Shown: positions 7,200 to 16,673, counted from the first letter of the stretch. The stretch is DNA of 64,000 bases from Cyanobacteriota bacterium (GCA_019752015.1 JAIEMQ010000006.1:8842-72841), one strand, 5' to 3'. Numbers and translations are program-made. The notes: generated by a model not told the origin, from the sequence alone.

Positions 7200-9488
7200 C
7201 TACGCTTCGGCGCGAACAGCATCGGTGATCGCCTTCAACACCGTGTCCGCCGTGTACGGCTTCGAGAGGAACCTGCGGACACCGGCAACGCGTGCCGCCT
7301 GCGCGGCGCCAAGGCCGCTCGCGGCAATCACGCGCGCATCCGGATCGATCTCGCGCACTCTCCGGATCAGCGTCGCGCCATCCATGCCGGGCATTGTCAT
7401 GTCGGTGAACACGACCTTGATCTCGTCGCGATGCTCGCGGAACAGCGTTTCCGCTTCCGCGCCGCTGATCGCCGCCAGCACCCGATACCCAAACGATTCG
7501 AGGACCAGCGTCGTCATGCGCAACACCGGCTCCTCGTCGTCCACGACGAGAATCATTTCGCCGGCGCCGCGGCGGCCGCCGGCGATCTTCTCCGGCTCGA
7601 TCGCCGGCTGCGCGCGTTCGGCGAGGGCCGGCAGGTAGATCGTGAAAGTGCTGCCGCGGCCGACCTCGCTGTCGACGCGCATGAACCCGCCGTGGCTCTT
7701 GACGATGGCGAGCGACGTTGACAGGCCGAGCCCGGTACCTTTTCCGGTCGCCTTGCTCGTGAAGAACGGCTCGAAGATGCGATCGATGATCCCCGGCGCA
7801 ATGCCGGTGCCGGTGTCTCCGACGCGGATCACGACGTAATCGCCGCCGGCGGCCGACGGATCAACCTTCGGATCGCCCTTGTCGGTCGTTTCGACGCCGG
7901 CGGACAACGTCAGCATGCCGCCCTTGGGCATCGCATCGCGGGCGTTGACGCCGAGATTGATCAGCACCTGGTGCAGCTGCGTCTGATCGCCGAGCACCGT
8001 GACGTTGCCGTTGACGGCGGTGCTGACGGTGATGTTCTTCATGAAGGTGTCGTTCGCGAACTTCTCGATTTCCTTCAGCAGACCGGCGACGTCGACGGCG
8101 GTGCGATCGCCTTCGACGCCGCGGGCGAAGGTCAGCACCTGCCGCACCATTTCGGCGCCACGCCGCGTGCTGGCTTCGATGGTGGCAAGAATCGAATCGC
8201 GCTCGGCGTCGCTCTCGCAGTCCTTCAGCAGCTCGATCGACATCAGCACCGGCGCGAGCATGTTGTTGAGATCGTGCGCAATGCCGCCGGCCAGCGTGCC
8301 GATGCTCTCCATGCGCTGCGCGCGCAGGAAGCGTCGCTCGAGCTCCTTGCGCTCGGTGATGTCGGTGTCGATCACCAGCACCGCCCGCGGTTCACCCGAC
8401 GCGTCGCCGGTCAGCGTCCAGCGGCTCTCGACGACGAGCCTGGCGTTGTCGCGTCCGGTCACCGACAACTCGCCCTGCCAGTCGCCGCGGGTGAGCAGCG
8501 TCTTCATGGCCTCGTCGAAGATCGACGGATCGGGGAAGAAGCGCTCGCGCACCGACTGGCCCATCACGTCGCCCGACGTCCAGCCATACAGCCGCTCGGC
8601 GCTGCGGTTGTAGTAGCGAATCCGATGCTGCAAGTCGCGGACGATGATCGCGTCGCGGGCTTGATCGAGCAGCGACGCCTGTTCGGCGATCCGCGACAGC
8701 GCGCGATTCTGCTCCGCCTCGGCGCGGCGGCGCTCGGACAGATCGCGGACGAACGCCGTAAAAACCGGGCCCGCTGCCGGCGACACCTTCGACAGCGTCA
8801 GCTCGATTGGGAATTCCTCCCCATCGGCGCGCAGCGCAACCAGCTCGATTCGCCGCCGCATGATCGCGGCAGCCGGATCCGTCTGGCGCGCGAGCCCGGC
8901 GCGATGCGCATCACGCAACCGTTCGGGAATGATCGTCTCCGCCAGCTCCCGGCCGATGACGGCATCGCGGCGCCGGCCGAACATCACTTCGGCGGCCGGA
9001 TTGAATTCCGTGATTTTGCCGTCGGCGCCAATGGTGATGATCGCGTCGAAGCTCGATTCGACGATCGAGCGGTAGTGCACGTCGCGCTCGTGGAGGCGCG
9101 CCTCGGCGGCGCGCCGCTCGATCGCGTAGCGGATCACGCGCGTGATGACGGCCGGGTGGATGTCGGGCTTGAGCAGATAGTCCTGCGCGCCCGCCTGCAG
9201 CGCGGCCACCGCCAGATCCTCATCGAGGACGCCGGACAAAACGACGATCGGCATGCCCGCCGCGGCTTGCTGGATGCGGTTCAGCGTCTCGAGGCCGTCG
9301 CTGTCGGGCAGGTTCAGGTCGAGCAGCACCACGCTGAACGTCCGGCTGGTGAGGGACTCCACGGCGTGGCGCAGCGAATCCGTGGTGGTGATGTGAAAGT
9401 CGCCTTCCGCGGTGGCCAGCGCGTCGTTGACGAACGCCGAATAGGCCGTGTTGTCTTCGACGAGGAGCACCTGGATGAGATCGGCCAC
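7200..9488 (-). CDS. hybrid sensor histidine kinase/response regulator (REC-PAS-PAS-HisKA-HATPase-REC)
   Basis: ORF 7200..9782. N-terminal receiver starts VADLIQVLLVEDN (GTG 9488). Then two PAS-like blocks, H-box GGIAHDLNNML, G-boxes DTGTGI/GTGLGLS, and a C-terminal receiver ILVVDDEEPV...TDMTMPGMDG. ATG 9560 would overlap phoD. Confidence 0.85.
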   Translation of the reverse strand: MADLIQVLLVEDNTAYSAFVNDALATAEGDFHITTTDSLRHAVESLTSRTFSVVLLDLNLPDSDGLETLNRIQQAAAGMPIVVLSGVLDEDLAVAALQAGAQDYLLKPDIHPAVITRVIRYAIERRAAEARLHERDVHYRSIVESSFDAIITIGADGKITEFNPAAEVMFGRRRDAVIGRELAETIIPERLRDAHRAGLARQTDPAAAIMRRRIELVALRADGEEFPIELTLSKVSPAAGPVFTAFVRDLSERRRAEAEQNRALSRIAEQASLLDQARDAIIVRDLQHRIRYYNRSAERLYGWTSGDVMGQSVRERFFPDPSIFDEAMKTLLTRGDWQGELSVTGRDNARLVVESRWTLTGDASGEPRAVLVIDTDITERKELERRFLRAQRMESIGTLAGGIAHDLNNMLAPVLMSIELLKDCESDAERDSILATIEASTRRGAEMVRQVLTFARGVEGDRTAVDVAGLLKEIEKFANDTFMKNITVSTAVNGNVTVLGDQTQLHQVLINLGVNARDAMPKGGMLTLSAGVETTDKGDPKVDPSAAGGDYVVIRVGDTGTGIAPGIIDRIFEPFFTSKATGKGTGLGLSTSLAIVKSHGGFMRVDSEVGRGSTFTIYLPALAERAQPAIEPEKIAGGRRGAGEMILVVDDEEPVLRMTTLVLESFGYRVLAAISGAEAETLFREHRDEIKVVFTDMTMPGMDGATLIRRVREIDPDARVIAASGLGAAQAARVAGVRRFLSKPYTADTVLKAITDAVRAEA

Positions 9489-9490
9489 GC

Positions 9491-9522
9491 CACAGATTAG
9501 ACACAGATTGGGCACAGATTGG
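9491..9522. promoter_or_regulatory. three 11-bp-phased direct repeats (CACAGATT at 9491, 9502, 9513); candidate OmpR/PhoB-type site
   Basis: cCACAGATTAG aCACAGATTGG gCACAGATTGG. Minus-strand reading is CTGTG-N6 x3. The third unit covers the -35 position relative to TAGACT (9537). Confidence 0.5.
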
Positions 9523-9536
9523 TAGCGAAGCTCGGC

Positions 9537-9542
9537 TAGACT
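9537..9542 (+). promoter_or_regulatory. -10-like box TAGACT, 7 nt upstream of phoD ATG
   Basis: TAGACT-gcgccgg-ATG(9550). Confidence 0.4.
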
Positions 9543-9549
9543 GCGCCGG

Positions 9550-11115
9550 ATGCGACACATCTCTCGCCGCGGCTTTCTGTCGACCAGCGGCGCCGCGCTC
9601 GGCGCCCTGCCGTTCGTGCGTTCCCTCGACTCGCTCGCGCAGGTCACGAATCCAGTGTTTCGCCACGGGGTGGCGAGCGGCGATCCGCTTGCCGACCGGG
9701 TGATCCTGTGGACGCGCGTCACACCGCGAGGCAGCGGCGCCGAGCGCGTGGCGTGCGTGGTCGCTCGCGACGACAAGTTCACGCAGATCGTGGCGCGCGA
9801 GGAAGTGGAGACCGGCGCGGCTCGCGACTATACGGTCAAGATCGACGCGACGGGCCTCGAGCCGGCACGGACCTACTATTACCGGTTCTCTGCGCTGGGA
9901 GAACAGTCGGCGATCGGGCGCACACGCACGCTGCCGCGCGGCGACGCCTCGCGCGTCCGGATCGGCGTGGTGTCCTGCTCGAACCTGCCGCAGGGGTTTT
10001 TCAATGCCTACGCGTGTCTCGCCAGTCGGCGCGATCTCGATGTGATCCTTCATCTTGGCGATTACATCTACGAGTACGCCAACACCCAGTACGGCGACGG
10101 CACGCGCTTCGGGCGGATCCCGTCGCCCAATCACGAGATTCTCTCGCTGCCGGACTACCGCGAGCGCCATGCCCAGTACAAAATGGACCCCGACTCGCGG
10201 GCGATCCATCGGCAGCATCCGTTCATCTGCGTCTGGGACGATCACGAATTCGCCAACAACACGTTCAAGAGCGGCGCGCAGAACCACAACAACGACGGCG
10301 CCCTCGAGGGACCGTGGACCGATCGCCGCCGCGCCGCCACCCAGGCCTACTTCGAATGGATGCCGATCCGCGAGGATGCGCAAACGCGCCAGGACAAAAT
10401 CTATCGCACGTTCAAGTTCGGCAATCTCGCGACGTTGATCATGCTCGACACACGCGCGATCGGGCGCGACCAGCAGGTCCTCGCCACCGATCGCGACGCG
10501 ATCGAATCGCCGACCCGCCAGCTGCTTGGCGCCGAACAGGAAGGCTGGCTGGCCGAACAGATTGTGGCCGCGTCACGCGAGAACGCCGCGTGGACCATGT
10601 TCGGGCAGCAGGTGATGTTTGCGCCGCAGACGCCAACCGGGGTGCGCGCCGGCAATCCGGATTCCTGGGACGGCTACCGTTCGTCGCGGGCGCGCGTGTT
10701 CGACATGATCGAGCGCGCGAAGGTCAGGAACCTGGCGATCCTCACCGGTGACGTGCACAGCTCGTGGGCCTTCGATCTGCCGCGCGACCCGTTTGCCGGC
10801 TACGACACGGCAACCGGCAAGGGATCGATCGGCGTCGAGTTCGCCGGCACATCGGTGTCATCGCCCAGCAACCTCGGCCGCGGCCCGGACGGACCGAGGC
10901 AGCTCGCCGACACGATGGCGGCGCGGCCGCACCTGCGCTACGTCGACGGGCGCTACCGCGGATATTTCATCGTCGATCTCACACGCGAACGGCTTCAGGC
11001 GGACTACTACGCGATGGCGACGATCGAAGAGCGGAGCACCACGGAGCGTTTCGAGAAGGGATTCATCACGGAATCAGGTCGGAACCATCTAATCGAGGCA
11101 TCGTCTCCCGCCTGA
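9550..11115 (+). CDS. phoD: alkaline phosphatase D family protein, Tat-exported
   Basis: 521 aa with twin-arginine signal MRHISRRGFLSTSGAALGALPF. PhoD-like metallophosphatase motifs: HLGDYIYE, VWDDHEF, LTGDVHS. Confidence 0.9.
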   Translation: MRHISRRGFLSTSGAALGALPFVRSLDSLAQVTNPVFRHGVASGDPLADRVILWTRVTPRGSGAERVACVVARDDKFTQIVAREEVETGAARDYTVKIDATGLEPARTYYYRFSALGEQSAIGRTRTLPRGDASRVRIGVVSCSNLPQGFFNAYACLASRRDLDVILHLGDYIYEYANTQYGDGTRFGRIPSPNHEILSLPDYRERHAQYKMDPDSRAIHRQHPFICVWDDHEFANNTFKSGAQNHNNDGALEGPWTDRRRAATQAYFEWMPIREDAQTRQDKIYRTFKFGNLATLIMLDTRAIGRDQQVLATDRDAIESPTRQLLGAEQEGWLAEQIVAASRENAAWTMFGQQVMFAPQTPTGVRAGNPDSWDGYRSSRARVFDMIERAKVRNLAILTGDVHSSWAFDLPRDPFAGYDTATGKGSIGVEFAGTSVSSPSNLGRGPDGPRQLADTMAARPHLRYVDGRYRGYFIVDLTRERLQADYYAMATIEERSTTERFEKGFITESGRNHLIEASSPA

Positions 11116-11170
11116 TCCGCCGCCGCGTTTCTGTGTCATCTGTGCTTTCTGCGGCATAATTTGGGAAAAC

Positions 11171-12973
11171 ATGAACCGGACGGACACTTCAGACCCGAAT
11201 TACTACCACAAGGTCGTCGACTGCCAGTGGGCGTGTCCCGCGCATACGAACGTCCCGGAGTACATCCGGATGATCGCGCAGGGCCGTTTCGATGACGCCT
11301 ACATCCTCAATCGCGAGTCGAACGTGTTCCCGGGAATTCTCGGCCGCACCTGCGATCGTCCGTGCGAGCCGGCCTGCCGCCGCGGCCGCGTCGACGGCAA
11401 GCCGGTCGCGATCTGCCGGTTGAAGCGCGTTGCCGCCGATCACAAGGACGACATCACCGATCGGCTGCCGAAAGTCCCCACGGCGAAGAACGGGAAGAAG
11501 GTGGCGCTCATCGGCGCGGGTCCTTCGTCGCTGACCGTGGCGAACGACCTGATGCCGCTGGGCTACCAGTGCACCATCTTCGAGAAGGGGCCGCGTCCGG
11601 GCGGCCTGATGCGCATCAACATCCCCGCCTTCCGTCTCCCCGAACAAGTGCTCGACGAAGAGATCGGCTACATCGTGAACATGGGCGTCACGATGAAGTA
11701 CGACTCGCCGGTGACGAGCCTCGAGCAGCTCGTCGACTCGAAGGAGTTCGACGCGGTGTTCGTCGGCACCGGCGCGCCGAAGGGCAAGGAGCTCGATCTG
11801 CCCGGGCGCCACGAGACCGATCAGATCTTCATCGGCATCGAGTGGCTCGAGTCGATTCACTTCGGCCACATCGACAGGATCGGCAAGCGCGTGCTGATCA
11901 TCGGCGTCGGCAATACCGCGATGGATTGCTGCCGATCGGCGAAGCGCCTGGGCGCCACCGACGTGAAAGTGATCTCGCGCCGCACGCGGAAGTACTTCAA
12001 GGCGTCGCCGTGGGAGCTCGAGGACGCGGAAGAAGAGCAGGTCGAGATTCTCGAAAACCTCTCGCCGGTGCGTTTCATCGTTGAAAACGGCACGCTGACG
12101 GGGATGGAGTTCGACAAGTTCACGTCACGCGAAGAGAACGGCAAGTTCATCCAGGATCCCGCGGGTCGCGTCACGCTGCCGTGTGATTCGGTGGTGCTCG
12201 CGATCGGCCAGGAGAACGCGTTCCCCTGGATCGAGCGCGACATGGGCCTCGACTTCGACAAGAAGTGGGACATGCCGATCGTCGACAAGAAGACGTTCAT
12301 GTCGACGCGGCCGGGCGTGTTCTTCGGCGGCGACGCGGCGTTCGGCCCCGCCAACATCATCTGGGCCGTTGAGCACGGCCATCAGGCGGCGATCTCGGTC
12401 CACCAGTATTGCCAGGGGCTGCCGGTCACCGAGCGTCCGCCGCACGGCATGACGCTGACCAGCACCAAGATGGGCCTGCACGAGTGGTCGTACAGCAACA
12501 ACTACGATCCGGTCCAGCGCCAGAAGATGAAGCACGTCGATCTGCCGGTGCGCTTCGCGAAGATGACCGTCGAGGTCGAAGAGGGCTTCACGGCGGAGCA
12601 GACGCGTCATGAAGTGGAGCGGTGCCTGAACTGCGACGTGCAGACGCACTTCACCGATTCGCTGTGCATCGAGTGCGACGCGTGCATCGACATCTGCCCG
12701 ACCGACTGCCTGACGATCATTCCGGACCTCGGTTCGGAAGTGGCGCTGCGCACCAACACGCTGGCGCCGGCGACCAATCTCGATCAGCCGCTCTTCAACT
12801 CGAGCCCGCTGAAGCAGACCGGGCGCTTGATGGTCAAGGACGAGAACGTGTGTCTGCATTGTGGCTTGTGCGCCGAGCGCTGCCCGACCTACGCCTGGGA
12901 CATGCGCCGGTTTGTCGTGGAGCTGCCTCACGCAGGAACGGCCTTCATTCCTCTGGAGGCCGTAGGACGCTGA
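11171..12973 (+). CDS. GltD-like NAD(P)H flavoprotein fused to a 2x[4Fe-4S] ferredoxin domain (candidate third subunit of the downstream oxidoreductase)
   Basis: 600 aa. N-terminal Cys cluster CQWACPAHTNVP...CDRPCEPAC, dinucleotide fold KKVALIGAGPSSL, second fold RVLIIGVGNTAMDC. C-terminal CLNCDVQ...CIECDACIDICP and CLHCGLCAERCP. Its stop overlaps the korA start (TGATG). Confidence 0.85.
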   Translation: MNRTDTSDPNYYHKVVDCQWACPAHTNVPEYIRMIAQGRFDDAYILNRESNVFPGILGRTCDRPCEPACRRGRVDGKPVAICRLKRVAADHKDDITDRLPKVPTAKNGKKVALIGAGPSSLTVANDLMPLGYQCTIFEKGPRPGGLMRINIPAFRLPEQVLDEEIGYIVNMGVTMKYDSPVTSLEQLVDSKEFDAVFVGTGAPKGKELDLPGRHETDQIFIGIEWLESIHFGHIDRIGKRVLIIGVGNTAMDCCRSAKRLGATDVKVISRRTRKYFKASPWELEDAEEEQVEILENLSPVRFIVENGTLTGMEFDKFTSREENGKFIQDPAGRVTLPCDSVVLAIGQENAFPWIERDMGLDFDKKWDMPIVDKKTFMSTRPGVFFGGDAAFGPANIIWAVEHGHQAAISVHQYCQGLPVTERPPHGMTLTSTKMGLHEWSYSNNYDPVQRQKMKHVDLPVRFAKMTVEVEEGFTAEQTRHEVERCLNCDVQTHFTDSLCIECDACIDICPTDCLTIIPDLGSEVALRTNTLAPATNLDQPLFNSSPLKQTGRLMVKDENVCLHCGLCAERCPTYAWDMRRFVVELPHAGTAFIPLEAVGR

Positions 12974-14772
12974 TGAATACGCGCGTTAACGATTTCGCTT
13001 TCAAGATCGCGACGGCAAACGGCACGGGATCCGCCAGCGCGAACGGCCTGATCATGCAGGCGATCTTCCGCATGGGCGTGCCGGTGACGGGCAAGAACGT
13101 GTTCCCGTCGAACATCCAGGGCCTGCCGACGTGGTACGAGATCCGCGTCAACAAGAACGGCTACACCGCGCGCACGCCGCACTTCGACCTGATGGTCGCG
13201 CTCAATGCCGCGACCTATGCCAAGGACGTGGCGGAGGTGCGATCGGGCGGCTACCTGATGTTCGATTCGTCCTGGCCGCTCGACGAAAAGCTGAAGCGCG
13301 CCGACATCACCTACATCGGCGTGCCGCTGGCGGAGATGTGCAACGCGCACTTCAAGGGCGTGCGCGAGCGCATCCTGATGAAGAACATTGCCTATGCCGG
13401 GGCGCTGGGCGCGCTGATCGGCATGGACACCGAGATCATCGCGGCGCTGACCAAGGAGAAGTACGCGGCCAAGAAGGCGCTGCTCGATTCCAACGAGAAG
13501 GCGATCGCGCTCGGCTACGACTACGCGAAGGCCCACTTCGAGTGCCCGCTGCCGATCCATCTCGAGAAGATGGATGCGACGAAAGACAGCATCCTGATCG
13601 ACGGCAACACCGCCGCGGCGCTCGGCGCCGTGTTCGCGGGCGCCACCGTCGGCGCATGGTATCCGATCACGCCGGCCACGTCCGTGATGGAAGCGTTCAA
13701 GAGCTTCTGCATGAAGTACCGGCGCGATCCGGAAACGAAGCAGAAGAAGTTCGCGATCCTGCAGGCCGAAGACGAGCTCGCCGCTCTCGGCATGGTGGTC
13801 GGCGCCTCGTGGGCGGGCGCGCGCGCATTCACGCCGACCGCGGGTCCCGGCATCTCGCTGATGAACGAGTTCATCGGCCTGGCCTACTACGCGGAAATCC
13901 CCGCGGTGATCGTGGACGTGCAGCGTACCGGCCCATCGACCGGCATGCCGACGCGCACGCAGCAATGCGATCTGATGGAGTGCGCATATGCGTCGCACGG
14001 CGACACGCGCCACATCTGCCTGTATCCCTCGGACCCGAAGGAAGCCTTCGAGTTCGCCGCCAAGGCCTTTGATATTGCTGAGCGCTTCCAGACGCCGACG
14101 TTCCTCGTCTCGGATCTCGACATCGGCATGAACGACTGGATGGTGCCGAAGCTCAATTGGGACGACAGCTACCGGCCGGATCGCGGCAAGGTGCTGTCGG
14201 CCGAAGAGCTCGAGAAGGCCAAGAACTTCTGGCGCTATTACGATCACGACGGCGACGGCATCCCGCAGCGATCGCTGCCGGGCGTGCATCCGAAGGGCGC
14301 GTACTTCACGCGCGGCTCGGGCCACAACAAGTACGGCGCCTATACCGAGGACGCCGACGAGTACCAAGAGGTGCTCGACCGGATCAACCGCAAGATCCAG
14401 GGCGCGACCAAAGCGGTCCCGCAGCCGATCATCAAGCAGACACCCGGCGCGAAGCTCGGGCTCGTCACCGTCGGCGGTTGCCACGCCGCGTGTGTGGAAG
14501 CCATGGACCTCCTCGCCAAGGATGGGATTCAGCTCAACTACATGCGCGTGCGCGGCTTCCCGTTTGGCGACGAGGTCCGGCAGTTCCTCGAATCCAACGA
14601 CGTCAACTTCGTCGTGGAGCAGAATCGCGACGCGCAGCTGCGCAGCCTGATGATGCTCGACCTCGGCGTGCACATCGAGAAGATGCACTCGGTCCGCTAT
14701 TACGCGGGCTTCCCGATGAGCGCGCACCACGTGATCAGCGGCGTCAAGGCGAAGCTGGAGAAAGTGGCATGA
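12973..14772 (+). CDS. korA: 2-oxoacid:acceptor oxidoreductase subunit alpha
   Basis: Internal start of ORF 12622..14772: MNTRVNDFAFKIATANGTGSASANGL..., about 599 aa. The upstream part of the ORF lies inside the previous CDS. Confidence 0.9.
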   Translation: MNTRVNDFAFKIATANGTGSASANGLIMQAIFRMGVPVTGKNVFPSNIQGLPTWYEIRVNKNGYTARTPHFDLMVALNAATYAKDVAEVRSGGYLMFDSSWPLDEKLKRADITYIGVPLAEMCNAHFKGVRERILMKNIAYAGALGALIGMDTEIIAALTKEKYAAKKALLDSNEKAIALGYDYAKAHFECPLPIHLEKMDATKDSILIDGNTAAALGAVFAGATVGAWYPITPATSVMEAFKSFCMKYRRDPETKQKKFAILQAEDELAALGMVVGASWAGARAFTPTAGPGISLMNEFIGLAYYAEIPAVIVDVQRTGPSTGMPTRTQQCDLMECAYASHGDTRHICLYPSDPKEAFEFAAKAFDIAERFQTPTFLVSDLDIGMNDWMVPKLNWDDSYRPDRGKVLSAEELEKAKNFWRYYDHDGDGIPQRSLPGVHPKGAYFTRGSGHNKYGAYTEDADEYQEVLDRINRKIQGATKAVPQPIIKQTPGAKLGLVTVGGCHAACVEAMDLLAKDGIQLNYMRVRGFPFGDEVRQFLESNDVNFVVEQNRDAQLRSLMMLDLGVHIEKMHSVRYYAGFPMSAHHVISGVKAKLEKVA

Positions 14773-15824
14773 CCTACATTGCGAAACCCAAGGTCCACCA
14801 TCCTTCGCTGAAGGCGAATGCGATCGGACTGACGCGCCGGGATTACGAGGGCGCGATCACCACGCTCTGCGCCGGCTGCGGCCACGATTCGATCACCGCG
14901 GCGATCATCAACGCGTTCTGGGAGCTGAACATCGCGCCGCACAAGGTCGCGAAGCTGTCCGGGATCGGCTGCTCGTCGAAGACGCCGGCGTATTTCCTGC
15001 GCGAAGCCCACGGCTTCAACAGCGTGCACGGCCGCATGCCGGCAGTCGCGACCGGCGCCAACGCGGCAAACGGCGATCTGATCATGATCGGCGTGTCGGG
15101 CGACGGCGATTCGCTCTCGATCGGCCTCGGCCAGCTGTGCCACGCGATCCGCCGCAACGTCAACATGCTCTACGTGCTCGAGAACAACGGCGTCTACGGC
15201 CTGACCAAGGGCCAGTTCTCGGCGTCGGCGGATCCCGGCTCGACGGCGAAGAAGGGCGAAGCGAACACCATGCAGGCCATCGACGGCGTGCTGATGGCGT
15301 TGACGCTTGGCGCCACGTTCGTGGCCCGCAGCTTCTCGGGCGACAAGAACCAGCTCGTGCCGATCATCAAGGCCGGCCTTGCGCACAAGGGCTTTGCGTT
15401 CATCGACGTCATCTCGCCGTGCGTGACCTTCAACGATCACGAGGGCTCGACGAAGAGCTACGCCTACACGCGCGAGCATGCCGTTGAAGTGGTGCAGACG
15501 GATTTCGTGCCGCTGCGCGATCCGATCGAAACCAACTACGGCGAGGGCATGGTGCAGAGCGTCACGCTGCACGACGGCAGCGTCGTCAATCTTCGGAAAG
15601 TGGCGCAGGATTACGACCCGACCAATCGCGATGCGGCCTACGAATCGATCCGCGAGCATCAGCGCAAGGGCGAGGTGATGACGGGCCTGCTCTACATCTC
15701 ACCCGACTCGAAAGACGTCCACGATCAGAACGAAACGGTGCCGCGGCCGCTCTACAACCTGCCGCACGAACAGCTGTGCCCGGGCAACGACGCGCTGCAG
15801 AAGTTGATGGCGCAGTTCCGGTAA
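14769..15824 (+). CDS. korB: 2-oxoacid:ferredoxin oxidoreductase subunit beta (TPP-binding)
   Basis: Internal start of ORF 14157..15824: MTYIAKPKVHHP...CAGCGHDSI...GDGDSLSIG. ATGA overlap with korA. Confidence 0.9.
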   Translation: MTYIAKPKVHHPSLKANAIGLTRRDYEGAITTLCAGCGHDSITAAIINAFWELNIAPHKVAKLSGIGCSSKTPAYFLREAHGFNSVHGRMPAVATGANAANGDLIMIGVSGDGDSLSIGLGQLCHAIRRNVNMLYVLENNGVYGLTKGQFSASADPGSTAKKGEANTMQAIDGVLMALTLGATFVARSFSGDKNQLVPIIKAGLAHKGFAFIDVISPCVTFNDHEGSTKSYAYTREHAVEVVQTDFVPLRDPIETNYGEGMVQSVTLHDGSVVNLRKVAQDYDPTNRDAAYESIREHQRKGEVMTGLLYISPDSKDVHDQNETVPRPLYNLPHEQLCPGNDALQKLMAQFR

Positions 15825-15830
15825 ACGTAG

Positions 15831-15852
15831 AGGCGGGACTTCAGTCCCGCCT
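15831..15852 (+). terminator. stem-loop 6 nt after korB stop
   Basis: AGGCGGGAC-ttca-GTCCCGCCT, 9-bp perfect stem. No U tract. Confidence 0.45.
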
Positions 15853-15868
15853 GCATGGTGCCGCTGAA

Positions 15869-16673
15869 ATGAAGAGACGCCTTCTTGTTTGCGCTGCGCT
15901 TGCGGCCGTGGTGTCGCTGGTCACGGCGCAGGCGGGTGCCGGCGCCCAGCCCGCAGCGCAGCCTGGCGCTGCGCTCGAGCGGCGCGAGTTCGTGATCCGC
16001 GACTTCCGCACACTACATGGCGAACTTCAATGGCTACAACTGGCTGATCAAGGGCGCCGACGCGAACCGCGTATTCGATCCGTCGCGCGACTTCCTGATC
16101 CTGACGGAGTTGTTCGGCAACGGCCGCTCGTCTTCGCCGAGCAACACGCCGAAGCCGTTCGATGGTCCCAGTTTCCCGGTGACGACGATCCGCGACAACG
16201 TTGAAGCCGTCTATCGGCTCGTCACGACCGAGCTCGGCGTCAAGCACCTGCGTGCGGTCGTCGGATGGGCGCCGAACAGGCGTTTCAGTGGGCGGTGAGT
16301 CATCCCGATTTCATGGATGCGATCGTCGCCACCGCCGGAACGGCGAAGTGTTACGGTCATGGCTACGTTCGCCTCGAAGGACAGATCGCCGCGCTGACCA
16401 CCGATCCCGCGTGGCAGGGCGGCGAGTATGCGACGCCGCCGATCAAGGGCCTCGAGGCGTTCAGCATGGTGTGGGCCGGATGGCTTTACTCCCAAGAATG
16501 GTGGCCGATCTCTACTTCCCGGTCACCGACGCGCGCTACGAACAGGCGCTCATTCCGCGCGTGACGTTCACGCCGATCCCGTCGTTGTGGGGACACACCG
16601 CCGGCGCCGCGAGCAATCCCGCGGACTGCGGTTTCTGAACGATCGCATCGCCGCGTTCCTGGCGGTCAAATAG
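15869..16673 (+). pseudogene. decayed alpha/beta hydrolase (homoserine O-acetyltransferase-like fold), at least 4 frameshifts
   Basis: A continuous homologue is spread over frames 2>0>2>1>0. Segments: signal peptide MKRRLLVCAALAAVV..EFVIRDFRTL; NFNGYNWLIKGADANRVFDP..LTELFGNGRSSSP..VVGW; MGAEQAFQWAVSHPDFMDAIVATAG..; DLYFPVTDARYEQALIP..SLWGHTAG; FLNDRIAAFLAVK. Confidence 0.7.

Noticed and set aside
7185-7212. Perfect 14-bp tandem duplication TCTACGCTTCGGCG x2 spanning the kinase stop codon
   Set aside because: It is real in the sequence, but it is a minor slippage event that duplicates the last codons plus the stop beyond the CDS. I see no functional implication.
7971-9500. 509-aa plus-strand ORF, and similar long ORFs at 12928..14730, 39436..40620, 41767..42924, 50946..52817, 54972..56363, 56389..58053 and 57828..58817
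   Set aside because: All lie antisense to, or out of frame within, genes with clear family motifs. Their translations are Arg/Ala/Gly/Pro-rich with no motifs. These are typical shadow ORFs of a high-GC genome.
9489-9782. Longer starts for the hybrid kinase (ORF start 9782; ATG 9560)
   Set aside because: Both would overlap the phoD start and run through the repeat region. The receiver domain begins at GTG 9488 (VADLIQVLLVEDN).
12622-12972. Upstream extensions of the korA ORF (from 12622) and the korB ORF (from 14157)
   Set aside because: The extensions lie inside the preceding CDS in another frame. Family-typical N-termini start at ATG 12973 and ATG 14769, with TGATG and ATGA coupling.
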